Source: Candidatus Gottesmanbacteria bacterium
GTDB taxonomy: Bacteria; Patescibacteriota; Microgenomatia; JACOXO01
Assembly: GCA_016182365.1 (NCBI GenBank)
Contig: JACOXO010000018.1
Span: 1-63,820, forward strand
Reading direction: 5' to 3'
DNA length: 63,820 bases
Positions 17,428 to 27,022 of this stretch are shown here, one piece after another. Position numbers and translations under genes: made by a program. The first letter of the stretch is position 1; each line of letters begins with the position of its first letter. The notes under the pieces are model-generated. The model did not search any database. It was given only the letters and a program-made list of their open reading frames with translations, and had not been told where the DNA came from.

Positions 17428-18062
17428 ATTTTTTTAAAGACAAAAAAATGATGGTAAGGAAATTCATTAATTCGGTATTCATTTTGACAATCAAAACCAC
17501 TACTATCTGCAATATCAATAACTGAATTCTTTGTATGTATACCGTCACCAATTTCCCAATAATGCTGCCCATCTTTTTTCACTTGAAATCTAAATGGATT
17601 CATAACGGACAGCATTAACTTCTTAGCATCAAAAAACCAAAGTTTAATTGAGATTGAAAAACTGATGGATCTATTCGGTACAGAAACTATTAAATAATTA
17701 CAAATTCCGGAAAACTTTTGTATAGATTTTTCAGCATCTGCAAATTCAACATGCTCCAGTACTTGAGAACATAGAATAAAGTCAAATTTTTCACTAATAT
17801 TTATTTGAGGTAATACTTGGATATAATCGGGTTTGAGTGACTTGTCTAAATCTAATGTTTTAACTGAAAGTCCTAATTCACTTAATGCTTTAGGGACAAT
17901 ATTGTCTCCAACTCCAATTACCAGTATTTTTAGGTTCCTCTTGTTTATGGAGTACTTAATTTTCATAATATTTTGAATTTGATGGTAATAGGAAATCCAC
18001 CTCTCCAACGGAAGGTATGTTTTAAAACTATAATGATCTTCTCTTACTTGTTTTTTATACAT
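17424..18062 (-). CDS. Class I SAM-dependent methyltransferase
   Basis: 212 aa. Motif I LKILVIGVGDNIVPKAL. Post-I LDLD. ILCSQVLEHV. Confidence 0.7.
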   Translation of the reverse strand: MYKKQVREDHYSFKTYLPLERWISYYHQIQNIMKIKYSINKRNLKILVIGVGDNIVPKALSELGLSVKTLDLDKSLKPDYIQVLPQINISEKFDFILCSQVLEHVEFADAEKSIQKFSGICNYLIVSVPNRSISFSISIKLWFFDAKKLMLSVMNPFRFQVKKDGQHYWEIGDGIHTKNSVIDIADSSGFDCQNEYRINEFPYHHFFVFKKI

Positions 18063-18068
18063 GCAATT

Positions 18069-18989
18069 TTAAGTTATTAAATCAATCTCTATTCGTTTTG
18101 AACTAACTGCAATATCATAGCGGGATTGATGGTCAACTCTTAAATTCTTAAAGAAACTTATATAGAACATTAAGATGAAATAGGCTAATATAGAAAAAGG
18201 CCTTTTTAACAAAAAAGCTAAACAATAAATAAAAACTACTAAAAATGGTATTTTATACTCCCGCCTTAATAAATAGTTATCAAAGTACTTCTTTAATGCC
18301 TTTTTACCAGTAATAAAACGGTTGTTTTGCTTTATATGGTCAGATAATATGGTGGGCGGATGAAAATAACAAATTGCTTTTGATACATATATAAAACGAA
18401 ATCCTCTACTTTTACAATAAAAGTAAGAATATGCATCTTCCGGAATATCATCGGGCCATTTTAATTTTTTGTATAAATATTTTGAAAAAGCTCTCATTCT
18501 ACCAGCACAAAGATATACGTTATTAGAATTTGGCAGACTCTCAGAAATTTTACGCTTCATCTCGTGAGCATTAGCGAGAATTCTGCCAATAACTGTATCC
18601 ATTGCTCTTACTGCATATAATTTTCCACTAGTTAATCCTACTTGTGGATCGTTTAAAATTGGTGATATTAGTTTTTCAACACAATCATTGTTTTTTGGTA
18701 GAATGTCTGCGTCGAATAAGACAGCAATATCACTGTTAATTCTATTAAATATTTTATTTTGAGTCCCATTTAGCCCTAAACGTTTTTTATTAACTACTAA
18801 TATAATTATTTTGCTTTTTACTGATCTGACAATCTCATTTGTTTTATCTGTTGAACCGTCGGAAATTACTAATATTTTTTCCAGTTTAAAGTTTGTTGCT
18901 TTTTGCTGCAGCAAAGATTTCAGCAATTTTTTAATATTACCTTCCTCGTTATATGCTGGGATGCCGATAGTTACTGTTGGTTTTTTCAT
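18069..18989 (-). CDS. GT2 family glycosyltransferase (paralog 2)
   Basis: 306 aa. PTVTIGIPAYNEEGNI...VISDGSTDKT...FDADI. C-terminal YDIAVSSKR. Confidence 0.8.
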   Translation of the reverse strand: MKKPTVTIGIPAYNEEGNIKKLLKSLLQQKATNFKLEKILVISDGSTDKTNEIVRSVKSKIIILVVNKKRLGLNGTQNKIFNRINSDIAVLFDADILPKNNDCVEKLISPILNDPQVGLTSGKLYAVRAMDTVIGRILANAHEMKRKISESLPNSNNVYLCAGRMRAFSKYLYKKLKWPDDIPEDAYSYFYCKSRGFRFIYVSKAICYFHPPTILSDHIKQNNRFITGKKALKKYFDNYLLRREYKIPFLVVFIYCLAFLLKRPFSILAYFILMFYISFFKNLRVDHQSRYDIAVSSKRIEIDLIT

Positions 18990-18996
18990 ATTCTGA

Positions 18997-19890
18997 CTAA
19001 ATTTGTTTTGTACTCTTGTCTGTCTCCCAGAAACGGGATTTATTAGCGTACATATTTTTCATTTGTGTTCTTGTATAAATAAAGTCTGCAAAATAGAGGA
19101 AGCTGTAAAAAGGATTTAGCAAAAACTCTTCCAAATAACTTTTGATAATTAATTCTGTAGGTATATGGTATTCATTCTCAAGATTTAAATCTTTAGATAT
19201 CTGGGAGATTTCCTGCTGTGAATACTGGAATTTTTTACTTTGCTTAATATGTTCTTTTAATGTTTGCGGGCTTTTTATATAAACTTTTGCATTTTCTATA
19301 AACTTAAATATCCCTCCATGTCTTTTATTTTCAAAATAAAGATAAGCATCTGAGTTTATAACTTGCTCAGGAACAGTAAATTTTTTAATAAAGTCTGTCT
19401 TGAAAGCAAGACAGCGTCCGCTTGCCAGTAAATAATTGCTTCCATAATTCCAGCTATTACCTATTCTATAATTTAAATCAACACCAACCTCCAAAACAGA
19501 TTCAAGAAGGGAATTGGATTTTACCGGCAATACTTTTGCTGCAGCCATAGTAATTTTTTTGTCATTTTCCAGGGTATTAAGCATCTTTTTTACTGTTGTA
19601 CTTTCATATATGACATCATCCTGGGTCAGTATTAAGTAACCGCTTTTGGTTATTTTAATTAATTGTTTAATTCTTCCAACCTGTCCTTTTCTGTCTTTGT
19701 TATTTAAAACTTCAACACCTAAGTCTTTAAGTTGCTTATAAATTTTAGTCTCTAATGGGTTACCATCAACGGTAACAATCAGTCTGAAAGCTGGCACTTC
19801 TTTTGATGCCAAAATGTTTTTTACTGTTTTTACAAGTGACTGTCCTCCATAATACGTTGGAATACCTATTGTGAGTTTATAATTTTTCAT
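18997..19890 (-). CDS. GT2 family glycosyltransferase (paralog 3, divergent)
   Basis: 297 aa. LTIGIPTYYGGQSL...VTVDGNP...LTQDDV. C-terminal FWETDKSTK. Confidence 0.7.
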   Translation of the reverse strand: MKNYKLTIGIPTYYGGQSLVKTVKNILASKEVPAFRLIVTVDGNPLETKIYKQLKDLGVEVLNNKDRKGQVGRIKQLIKITKSGYLILTQDDVIYESTTVKKMLNTLENDKKITMAAAKVLPVKSNSLLESVLEVGVDLNYRIGNSWNYGSNYLLASGRCLAFKTDFIKKFTVPEQVINSDAYLYFENKRHGGIFKFIENAKVYIKSPQTLKEHIKQSKKFQYSQQEISQISKDLNLENEYHIPTELIIKSYLEEFLLNPFYSFLYFADFIYTRTQMKNMYANKSRFWETDKSTKQI

Positions 19891-19907
19891 AAATATTTAA
19901 TAAATTA

Positions 19908-20819
19908 TTACTTTGATGACACGGCTATCTCCCATAGTCCGGCTTTAGTATTTGCTGGTTTTGGAAACAGGCGTATAAAAATTGCCAGAATAATAGCCAA
20001 CGAAGTAAAAACAGGATCAATTAATAGCCTTTTAACAACAGCAGCAAATTTATATCTAAACGGTATTTTATAATACAATATAGCTCCTTTTCCAAAAGTT
20101 TCAACGATATTATTTTTGTCAGAGTGTATTGCTCGTGTCCCCTGAGATAAATAATCTTTTAAATTGCTTACAGCTTTAAAGTAAACATTTGCATTGTCTA
20201 TATACTTATAGGAGTTTTTCCTCATTTTATTGGCTTTAATATATAAATATCCTTGATCAGCGATTATTCCGTAAGGATATCTAAAAGCATCAGCCAGTTC
20301 TTTTCTAAAAGCTGTCGAAGACCCTAAAACTGTATGAATATTCGATCCATTTTTATACACTTTTGCTGCCTCCTGCCATAAGAAAAATGAGGCATTACTT
20401 ATTTTTCCTATAAACCCTTTTTGGTTTACAGGGATATTTCTTAGACTACATATTAGTAATTTTGGATACTTAACAAAAAGACGTAATACTTTATCCAACT
20501 CACTAGGTGTAGCTAAAAATACATCTGCGTCTAAAGTAATTAGAATATCACTATTGTTTAACTCATAAATCTCGTTAAGCCTAGCTGCTTTACCCTTACG
20601 GCTATGTCCAGTTATAATTTTTACTTTTGATAAACCTCTAGAGATATTTTTGGCAACCGATACAGTTTTATCTGTACTACCATCACTTAGTACAATTATA
20701 TTTTCGAGAGTAAAATATGTATGTTTTTGTACATTTATACTTTTTAGTAGCCTTCCGATATTTTTTTCCTCGTTATAGGCGGGTATACCCACTGTTACAG
20801 TCGGCTTTTTATTTTTCAT
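19908..20819 (-). CDS. GT2 family glycosyltransferase (paralog 4)
   Basis: 303 aa. PTVTVGIPAYNEEKNI...VLSDGSTDKT...LDADV. C-terminal WEIAVSSK. Confidence 0.8.
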   Translation of the reverse strand: MKNKKPTVTVGIPAYNEEKNIGRLLKSINVQKHTYFTLENIIVLSDGSTDKTVSVAKNISRGLSKVKIITGHSRKGKAARLNEIYELNNSDILITLDADVFLATPSELDKVLRLFVKYPKLLICSLRNIPVNQKGFIGKISNASFFLWQEAAKVYKNGSNIHTVLGSSTAFRKELADAFRYPYGIIADQGYLYIKANKMRKNSYKYIDNANVYFKAVSNLKDYLSQGTRAIHSDKNNIVETFGKGAILYYKIPFRYKFAAVVKRLLIDPVFTSLAIILAIFIRLFPKPANTKAGLWEIAVSSK

Positions 20820-23800
20820 ATGCTAGTTTTGGATTAAATGTTACAAACCGTTTTTGTGAAAGTTCAGAAATAATTATTTTTAAAAATTTATCTGCGCTTT
20901 TATCCCAGGAGAATTGATTTGACCAAATAACAGCCTGCTTCGATAGCTTTATCCTAAATGCCGGGTTTGATGCCAGAGTTTTCATAGCGTTTGCCAGTGC
21001 CTGTGCGTTTCTTGCCGACACAAGAATTCCTGTCTTGTTATGAATAACTGAATCTCTAAGGCCGGCAACGTTTGCGGCAATAACCGGAGTACCTGAGGCA
21101 TTGGCTTCAATAACAGTAATTCCCCAGCCTTCTATCATGGAAGGGTGTACAAACACCCAGGCTTTTGCAAGAAGTTTTGATTTCTCACTATCTTTTATTT
21201 TCCCGGTAAATATTACGCTTTGGTTAAGATTCATTTGTTTAACTTGTTTTTTTAATTCATCACTAGTTTCTCCCTCACCGGCTATAGCCAGTTTTGCATT
21301 AGGTTTATCAATTAATAAGGTTGCGAATGCTGATACTAATATATCCAGATTTTTGTAAGACTTTAGTCTTCCCAAATAAACAAACGAAGGATGAGAAGTT
21401 TTAGTTTCCAATTTAAACAAACTGGATTCAACGCCAGGTGAAACTATTTGAATACTCTCTGATTTCCAGGTATTAAGTTTAACTATTTCATTTTTAGTTG
21501 AGTCTGAAATTGTTATAATGTTTTGATTTTTATAGATCCAGGGCATTAATTTCCCTTCTAGAAACCTGGCCAGTTGAGACAGTGGAAACTTTAAATGTTT
21601 TCTAAAAACATCCTGATGAATATGGTGAATAAGTAAAAACTTAGGCACTTTCACATAAATAGGTGTGAAGAATGGGATACCGTTTTCGCTGTCAATTACA
21701 ACATCAAAGTTACCTTTAAACTTAAGGACGTAGTAAAGAAATGCCCAAATGTATACTGCATAAAATCCACCTCGTCTTACCATCTGCACTCCGTCAATTA
21801 CCTGGTTTCTAGGTGATTTTTGGTCATTTCCGCAAAATACTGTGACTTTATGACCGGATTTTACCCATCTTTTTGCTATTTCATGGATATAGTTTTCAGC
21901 CCCTCCTGCCCAAGCATGCCTGGTATCCCTCCAGTTAAATATTAGTATTCTTAACAATCCATTCTGATCCTGTCTTATAGAAGGAGTGAATAAGTCAACT
22001 AAATTTTCCCCGAAAAATGAGAATCTCTCGTAAAATGCATTAATAATTATCATTGAAATCAAAAAGACAGTAGATACAACCCCAATCACCCAGACTATTG
22101 CACCGGTATCCTGGTGAAACATATAGATACCAACTACTTGAAATATTGAGAACACAAAGGCTGCAATTGAAAGCGTATATTCCCGTTTTGCTTGCCTATA
22201 GGAAACTAACGTCTGACCAATTGTGAATACCATTATTGCGTAGGAGTAAAGAGGAAGATATTGGGTTATAAGAAATGCCCGGTTTCCCAAAAGGATAGGA
22301 ACAGTTAAATTACCTAATAGCCCTACTCCAATAAATGCAATTAGACTTGATATGGTTGTAGCGATAAAAAGTCTTGAAAATATTTGTTTTGAACTTTTCT
22401 TTGCGCCTTCAAAAGCAGATACAACTGGCATTATAAATTGGGAAAACTGGCTGCCAAAAAAGAAAATCATCTTGCCGACTAATGAAAGCAATGCATAATA
22501 CCCAGCTTGTTGCGCCGGTAGATAATGATTAGCAAGAAGCAAATCCAGGCTTAAGAATGTTACCATTGATATACGGGACAAAGCTGAAGTTGCAAAAAAC
22601 TTTTTAGGAAGACTAGTTAATTGTTTCTTTTCAAGAATAACTCTTTCTGATTTTGTTATCGAAATTACTACAAACCCTAAAACGCTTGATATAAACAATG
22701 AGAGAGGAGTTGCGGCGTACATTAATTCTGAGGAGTTCAAATAAACACCTGCCCAGGAAAAAGCAAATTTGCTAATAGATTCGGCAATAATAATAAATCC
22801 AAGAATAATAAACCGCATGTTTCCGGAAAGGTAGGCATTATTAACGCTACTAGCAACACCCAGAAACCATATAGGGGCAATAACAAGAAAAGGAATAGGA
22901 GTAGGAATATTAAAATATGCTGATAAATATGGCGTCAGTATTAACCAGACAGCTGTTAAAACCAGTGAAAATATCACATATCTGTCAAGAGTTGCAATCC
23001 AAAAAGACTTAATACTTTGTTTAAACTTCCCTTTAAAATATGCGCTTTGATGAGTAACAGTAGTACCTAAAGCACCCAGAGGAATCTGAGATAAGAAAAA
23101 AAGATTTGATAAAAGTCCAATAACAGCAAAATCTTCAACAGTTATTGACCTTGCCAAATATGCGTTATACAAAAAGTTCATAAATGAGGCAAAAAGGGAA
23201 GCTCCAATAAAGAATGCTCCGCTAAAAATTCCGGCAACCGCAAATTTCTTTTCAGGAAAAGAAGGAAGGTCAGCTGGTCCGCCTAGACTCGCCATATTAA
23301 TTATGTCAGGCGAGGCTGGCTCGAGTGTTTTTTTAAGATGAAAACCATGATGTGTTTTTTCCCAATAATGAGGTTTAAAGATAAGCTGGACAAATGCCAC
23401 AATTGCTGCAATTGATACCATCAACCAGTAAAATGGCACAAGAAATATATATTTCATAAGGGCCCACTGTTCTCTTTTGGCAACACCAATCATGTAGTAA
23501 TAAAGACAAAGAAAATTCCCAAAAAGAAGTGATACTGCTGCGATATAAAAAACAGGAGCAGGGTATAAAGATTCAATTGTTGGTCCAACGTAAGCATATA
23601 AAGCAAAGTAGGAAATTGTAGCTAACCAAAGAATCGGGTTTATAACCATAAATGCAATTTTTCCTCCAACAACCAGTTGAAAGATAAGAGCATGAATTCC
23701 CTGCTCTTTTACAAACAAAACAGGTGAGCGCATATGGACAAGGTAAGTCTGTATATATCCTTTTATCCATCTGGATCTTTGTCTTATCCAATTACCAAGC

Positions 23801-25482
23801 TTGCTGTTTGCCTCCTCAAGGGTGGTTGAGTTAATAACTGCAGTCTTATACCCTTTTTTAAAAAGCCTGGCTCCGAGGTCACAATCTTCGGTAACGTTAA
23901 AAGGATCCCAGCCTAACAGGGAAACAAGGTCTTTTTTTCTGAAGTGATTGCTTGTTCCACCCAATGGTATAGCAGTATCAATTGACTGAAGACCAGTAAG
24001 AATCAGGTCAAACCATAAAGAATATTCTGCTGTAAACAAGCGGGTTAACAGGTTGTGGTGCGGATTGTAATAGTTTAACTTTGCCTGCAGACATACCACC
24101 GTTGAAGAAGATTTATTAAACGCTGCTATGGCAATTTTAAGCTGCATTGGATCTGGGATATCCTCGGCATCAAAAATAACAATATATTCTCCACGGGCCT
24201 TGGTCAGACCGTAATTACACGCCTTTGGCTTGGTTTTAGGCTGCGAATCCGGCACAATAACAACTCTTACATACGAAGGAAGATTCATCTTTTTTGCCGC
24301 TTCTTTTGTCTCCCTATCGTCTTCTTCCAAAAGCAACAAAACATCAAGCTTGTTTTTCGGGTAACTTAGCTTTGATATTGAATTAACAAACTGAGGCAAA
24401 ACATGAGCTTCCCTGTATAAAGGGCAGAGAATTGAATACATGGGGAGTTTTCTTTCATCAAGTTTTTTTAACTCTTCCTCATCTACATTTATCTCCGGAG
24501 GAAAATGCAGGCTTTTCAATACAAGATAAAAATTAAAAAATACGTCAATAAAGTAAATTACAGAAAGAATTGCAATTGTTACTATCGCAGTTCCTTTTGC
24601 CTCTTTTATTATTCCGTAGGTTAATAATCCAATTACAAAGGCAATTAAAATCTTTTGCCACAAAACTAGAGTAGAAATTGCGCTTTCATAAGTTGCTAAA
24701 GTTGTATGGGTTATAAACCGTTTTTTATTGAATGCAACTCCAGCACCCATCATTGAATTGCTCTTTTCGGGTTTGAGAAAATATATTTTACTTCGTTTCA
24801 GCCTTAATTTTATAGCTCCTTTGGCTATTTCATATGAAGTTCTTAAAAAGCTTATTTTCGAATTGCCGTTTTTTCTTCTCTCAAATGTAATATCAACCGA
24901 GTCAATTTTAAAACCCAACTGTACTGCAGTATAAAGAAGGGGAATATCCAAGGCCCAGGGATATACCGTTGTTTTATTGACATGGGAAACAATCTCAGTT
25001 TTAACCAGTTTTAAACCTGACTGGATATCTGTGTGTAACCCAAATAAAAGAGAACCGAATATTAATTTATTAGCCCGGGAGGCAAATCTTCTAAAGAAAG
25101 AGCTTTTGTAGACTTTTCTGTTGGCAACAACCACCCCAACTAAAGGATCTTTCTCTACTTTTTCGATCATGAGTGGAATAGTTTCCGGTGCATATTGAAG
25201 ATCCGCATCCAGCATTACAAAATAATCCGTATCAACTTTTTCAACTCCCTCAAGAATTGAAAAAGCTTTTCCTAGTTTTCCTTGCTTTATAAAAAATTTT
25301 ATAGGGTACTGTCTGGAAAGTCTGTCTATTTCTTTTTGTGTATTGTCTAACGACCTGTCATCGATAAAAATCACACGGTAAGAGTAGTGTGTTTTTTTAA
25401 ACGTTTTATCAATCCTGTCGAGAAGAACTTGTATATTCTTTTCCTCGTTTTTAACAGGAACTATAATCGAAATTGTTGTCAT
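20809..25482 (-). CDS. 1557-aa multidomain glycan-assembly protein: GT2 (DPM1-like), processive GT2 synthase, MOP/Wzx-like polytopic module, GT4 (GT-B)
   Basis: N-terminus ISIIVPVKNEEKNI..FIDDRSLDNT..LDADLQY (GT2). Centre YSILCPLYREAHV..FDAEDIPDP..IRQRSRWIKGY (D,D,D,QxxRW synthase motifs) flanked by TM segments. About 400 aa of TM-rich flippase-like sequence. C-terminus RILIFNWRD..GGAENY..EGWGITVIEANASGTPVIA (GT4 E-x7-E region). Single uninterrupted ORF. Confidence 0.75.
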   Translation of the reverse strand: MTTISIIVPVKNEEKNIQVLLDRIDKTFKKTHYSYRVIFIDDRSLDNTQKEIDRLSRQYPIKFFIKQGKLGKAFSILEGVEKVDTDYFVMLDADLQYAPETIPLMIEKVEKDPLVGVVVANRKVYKSSFFRRFASRANKLIFGSLLFGLHTDIQSGLKLVKTEIVSHVNKTTVYPWALDIPLLYTAVQLGFKIDSVDITFERRKNGNSKISFLRTSYEIAKGAIKLRLKRSKIYFLKPEKSNSMMGAGVAFNKKRFITHTTLATYESAISTLVLWQKILIAFVIGLLTYGIIKEAKGTAIVTIAILSVIYFIDVFFNFYLVLKSLHFPPEINVDEEELKKLDERKLPMYSILCPLYREAHVLPQFVNSISKLSYPKNKLDVLLLLEEDDRETKEAAKKMNLPSYVRVVIVPDSQPKTKPKACNYGLTKARGEYIVIFDAEDIPDPMQLKIAIAAFNKSSSTVVCLQAKLNYYNPHHNLLTRLFTAEYSLWFDLILTGLQSIDTAIPLGGTSNHFRKKDLVSLLGWDPFNVTEDCDLGARLFKKGYKTAVINSTTLEEANSKLGNWIRQRSRWIKGYIQTYLVHMRSPVLFVKEQGIHALIFQLVVGGKIAFMVINPILWLATISYFALYAYVGPTIESLYPAPVFYIAAVSLLFGNFLCLYYYMIGVAKREQWALMKYIFLVPFYWLMVSIAAIVAFVQLIFKPHYWEKTHHGFHLKKTLEPASPDIINMASLGGPADLPSFPEKKFAVAGIFSGAFFIGASLFASFMNFLYNAYLARSITVEDFAVIGLLSNLFFLSQIPLGALGTTVTHQSAYFKGKFKQSIKSFWIATLDRYVIFSLVLTAVWLILTPYLSAYFNIPTPIPFLVIAPIWFLGVASSVNNAYLSGNMRFIILGFIIIAESISKFAFSWAGVYLNSSELMYAATPLSLFISSVLGFVVISITKSERVILEKKQLTSLPKKFFATSALSRISMVTFLSLDLLLANHYLPAQQAGYYALLSLVGKMIFFFGSQFSQFIMPVVSAFEGAKKSSKQIFSRLFIATTISSLIAFIGVGLLGNLTVPILLGNRAFLITQYLPLYSYAIMVFTIGQTLVSYRQAKREYTLSIAAFVFSIFQVVGIYMFHQDTGAIVWVIGVVSTVFLISMIIINAFYERFSFFGENLVDLFTPSIRQDQNGLLRILIFNWRDTRHAWAGGAENYIHEIAKRWVKSGHKVTVFCGNDQKSPRNQVIDGVQMVRRGGFYAVYIWAFLYYVLKFKGNFDVVIDSENGIPFFTPIYVKVPKFLLIHHIHQDVFRKHLKFPLSQLARFLEGKLMPWIYKNQNIITISDSTKNEIVKLNTWKSESIQIVSPGVESSLFKLETKTSHPSFVYLGRLKSYKNLDILVSAFATLLIDKPNAKLAIAGEGETSDELKKQVKQMNLNQSVIFTGKIKDSEKSKLLAKAWVFVHPSMIEGWGITVIEANASGTPVIAANVAGLRDSVIHNKTGILVSARNAQALANAMKTLASNPAFRIKLSKQAVIWSNQFSWDKSADKFLKIIISELSQKRFVTFNPKLAYEK

Positions 25483-25613
25483 TTTAGAATTGGCTAAATT
25501 AGAAAAAATAGCCTTACATCAAAAGTTATAGGATTATAACTCAGGATCTTATGTGATGCAAGTCAATATAAAAGTTTAAACGTTAGGTATTTTGAAATGT
25601 TACAATAATAGAC

Positions 25614-26252
25614 ATGCCAAAATCCAACACCAGTTTTGAAATAATTAAAATCCCTGTAGGCCAAATGGCTGCAAACTGTTATCTTGTTGCTGAAAAATCA
25701 ACTAAAAAAACGATGATTATCGATCCCGGTGATGTGCCTGAGTATTTAAAAGAGGTGATTATAAGAGAAAAGCTTCTACCACAGGTAATTATTGCCACAC
25801 ACGGACATTTTGACCATATCATGGGAGTTTTGGATTTGCAGCTCTCATTAAAAATTCCATTTCTGGCAAGCAGTAGAGACGATTTTTTAATTACCAGGAT
25901 GGCCGGTAGCGCTAAACATTTTTTGTCAATTGACCCGGGGCCACCACCTAAACCTACCATGCATTTAAAAGAAGGGCATATTGTAAACGTAGGTAGGTTA
26001 GAGTTTAAGGTTCTAGAAACCCCGGGCCATACTCCGGGAAGCATTTGCCTTGTAAATAGTGATGCAATATTTACAGGAGACACATTGTTCTCCCAAGGCG
26101 GGGTAGGGAGAACTGACTTCTCTTATAGTAAAAAGGGTGATTTAGACAAAAGTATTAAAAGAATCCTGTCATTACCCAAAAATACAACTATTCTTCCAGG
26201 CCATGGCGACAGCTCAACTATTGAAAATGAAAGAAAAAACCATAATTCTTAG
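25614..26252 (+). CDS. MBL-fold metallo-hydrolase (glyoxalase II-like)
   Basis: 212 aa. IIATHGHFDHIMG (HxHxDH); ETPGHTPGS; GDTLF; LPGHG. Confidence 0.8.
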   Translation: MPKSNTSFEIIKIPVGQMAANCYLVAEKSTKKTMIIDPGDVPEYLKEVIIREKLLPQVIIATHGHFDHIMGVLDLQLSLKIPFLASSRDDFLITRMAGSAKHFLSIDPGPPPKPTMHLKEGHIVNVGRLEFKVLETPGHTPGSICLVNSDAIFTGDTLFSQGGVGRTDFSYSKKGDLDKSIKRILSLPKNTTILPGHGDSSTIENERKNHNS

Positions 26253-26316
26253 CCACCATCCGAGGAGTCCCTTTGGGCCACCTCGGAGGTGACCGGATGG
26301 GCTCCTCCGAGGTGAA
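26253..26316 (+). other. GC-rich structured element immediately after the MBL gene stop
   Basis: CCATCCG (26256-62) pairs with CGGATGG (26294-300). Internal hairpin CACCT-CGG-AGGTG (26279-91). Near-repeat CCTCGGAGGTGA (26281-92) / CCTCCGAGGTGA (26304-15). Clearly more GC-rich than its surroundings by eye. Confidence 0.4.
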
Positions 26317-26361
26317 TATTGACCTTGACAAGTGTTTAAAAATAGCCCACTATAAACTATA

Positions 26362-26967
26362 GTGAGAATTGTCAGAAAACCTGTAGTTATATTTACCGTT
26401 TGGATTCCTTTGGCGGTAATTCTTTTAACCGCTACTACTTTTACGCTTTTAAGGCTATCTAACTCCATGCTTGCCCAGCAGGAAACTCTAGCAAGACAAA
26501 ATAATGCAATTGGAGTTAACGAGTATCATTTATACGCCTCTGTACCTGAAGTTTTAGGCACGTTTACCTCGATTTTTAAAACCGGGGATGCAAGGCCAGA
26601 GATACTTCGTAAATTCTTCAAAAAGTATAACTCGGATCTGGTAGATTACTCAGACTTTTTTGTCCAGACTGCCGATACTTATAACCTTGACTTCAGGCTA
26701 CTTCCGGCTATAGCTATGCAGGAATCAAACCTATGCAAGAAAATACCTGAAGATTCATACAATTGCTGGGGTTTTGGCATATATGGAGATAAGGTAACAA
26801 AGTTTAAGTCATACGATCAGGCTATAGAGACAGTTGCCAAGACCTTGCGGGCTCAATATAATGATAAAGGTCTTTTAAGCGCTGAGGAGATACAATCTAA
26901 GTATACACCCACAAGCAACGGTTCCTGGGCTAGTTCAGTGAATCACTTTATGGAACAAATGAGGTAA
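26362..26967 (+). CDS. Membrane-anchored SLT-like (lytic transglycosylase/muramidase-like) protein, paralog A
   Basis: 201 aa, GTG start, N-terminal TM segment. LDFRLLPAIAMQESNLCKKIPEDSYNCWGFG contains an E-S catalytic-type motif. Paralogous to 27103..27630. Confidence 0.55.
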   Translation: MRIVRKPVVIFTVWIPLAVILLTATTFTLLRLSNSMLAQQETLARQNNAIGVNEYHLYASVPEVLGTFTSIFKTGDARPEILRKFFKKYNSDLVDYSDFFVQTADTYNLDFRLLPAIAMQESNLCKKIPEDSYNCWGFGIYGDKVTKFKSYDQAIETVAKTLRAQYNDKGLLSAEEIQSKYTPTSNGSWASSVNHFMEQMR

Positions 26968-27022
26968 CTACGCTCAACTTTCGTCTACGAAGGGGTTCAT
27001 TACGGTCAATTTTCGTATATTC

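Noticed and set aside
10337-25083. Numerous 60-130-aa track ORFs nested inside or antisense to large genes (e.g. 10337.., 10573.., 13447.., 17390.., 18811.., 20717.., 21101.., 23573.., 24728..; likewise 25679.., 44625.., 47741-48655, 49140.., 52571-53594, 55009-56166, 58093-59922, 62760..)
   Set aside because: All lie within well-supported longer coding regions with recognisable domains. They have low-complexity or composition-driven sequences and lack independent start signals.
26253-26316. c-di-AMP (ydaO-type) riboswitch upstream of the cell-wall hydrolase-like genes
   Set aside because: Only a vague GGTGAAT resemblance. The conserved GGGGACCCA and CCGNCAGCTAACCTCGTAAGCG blocks and the pseudo-twofold architecture are absent.
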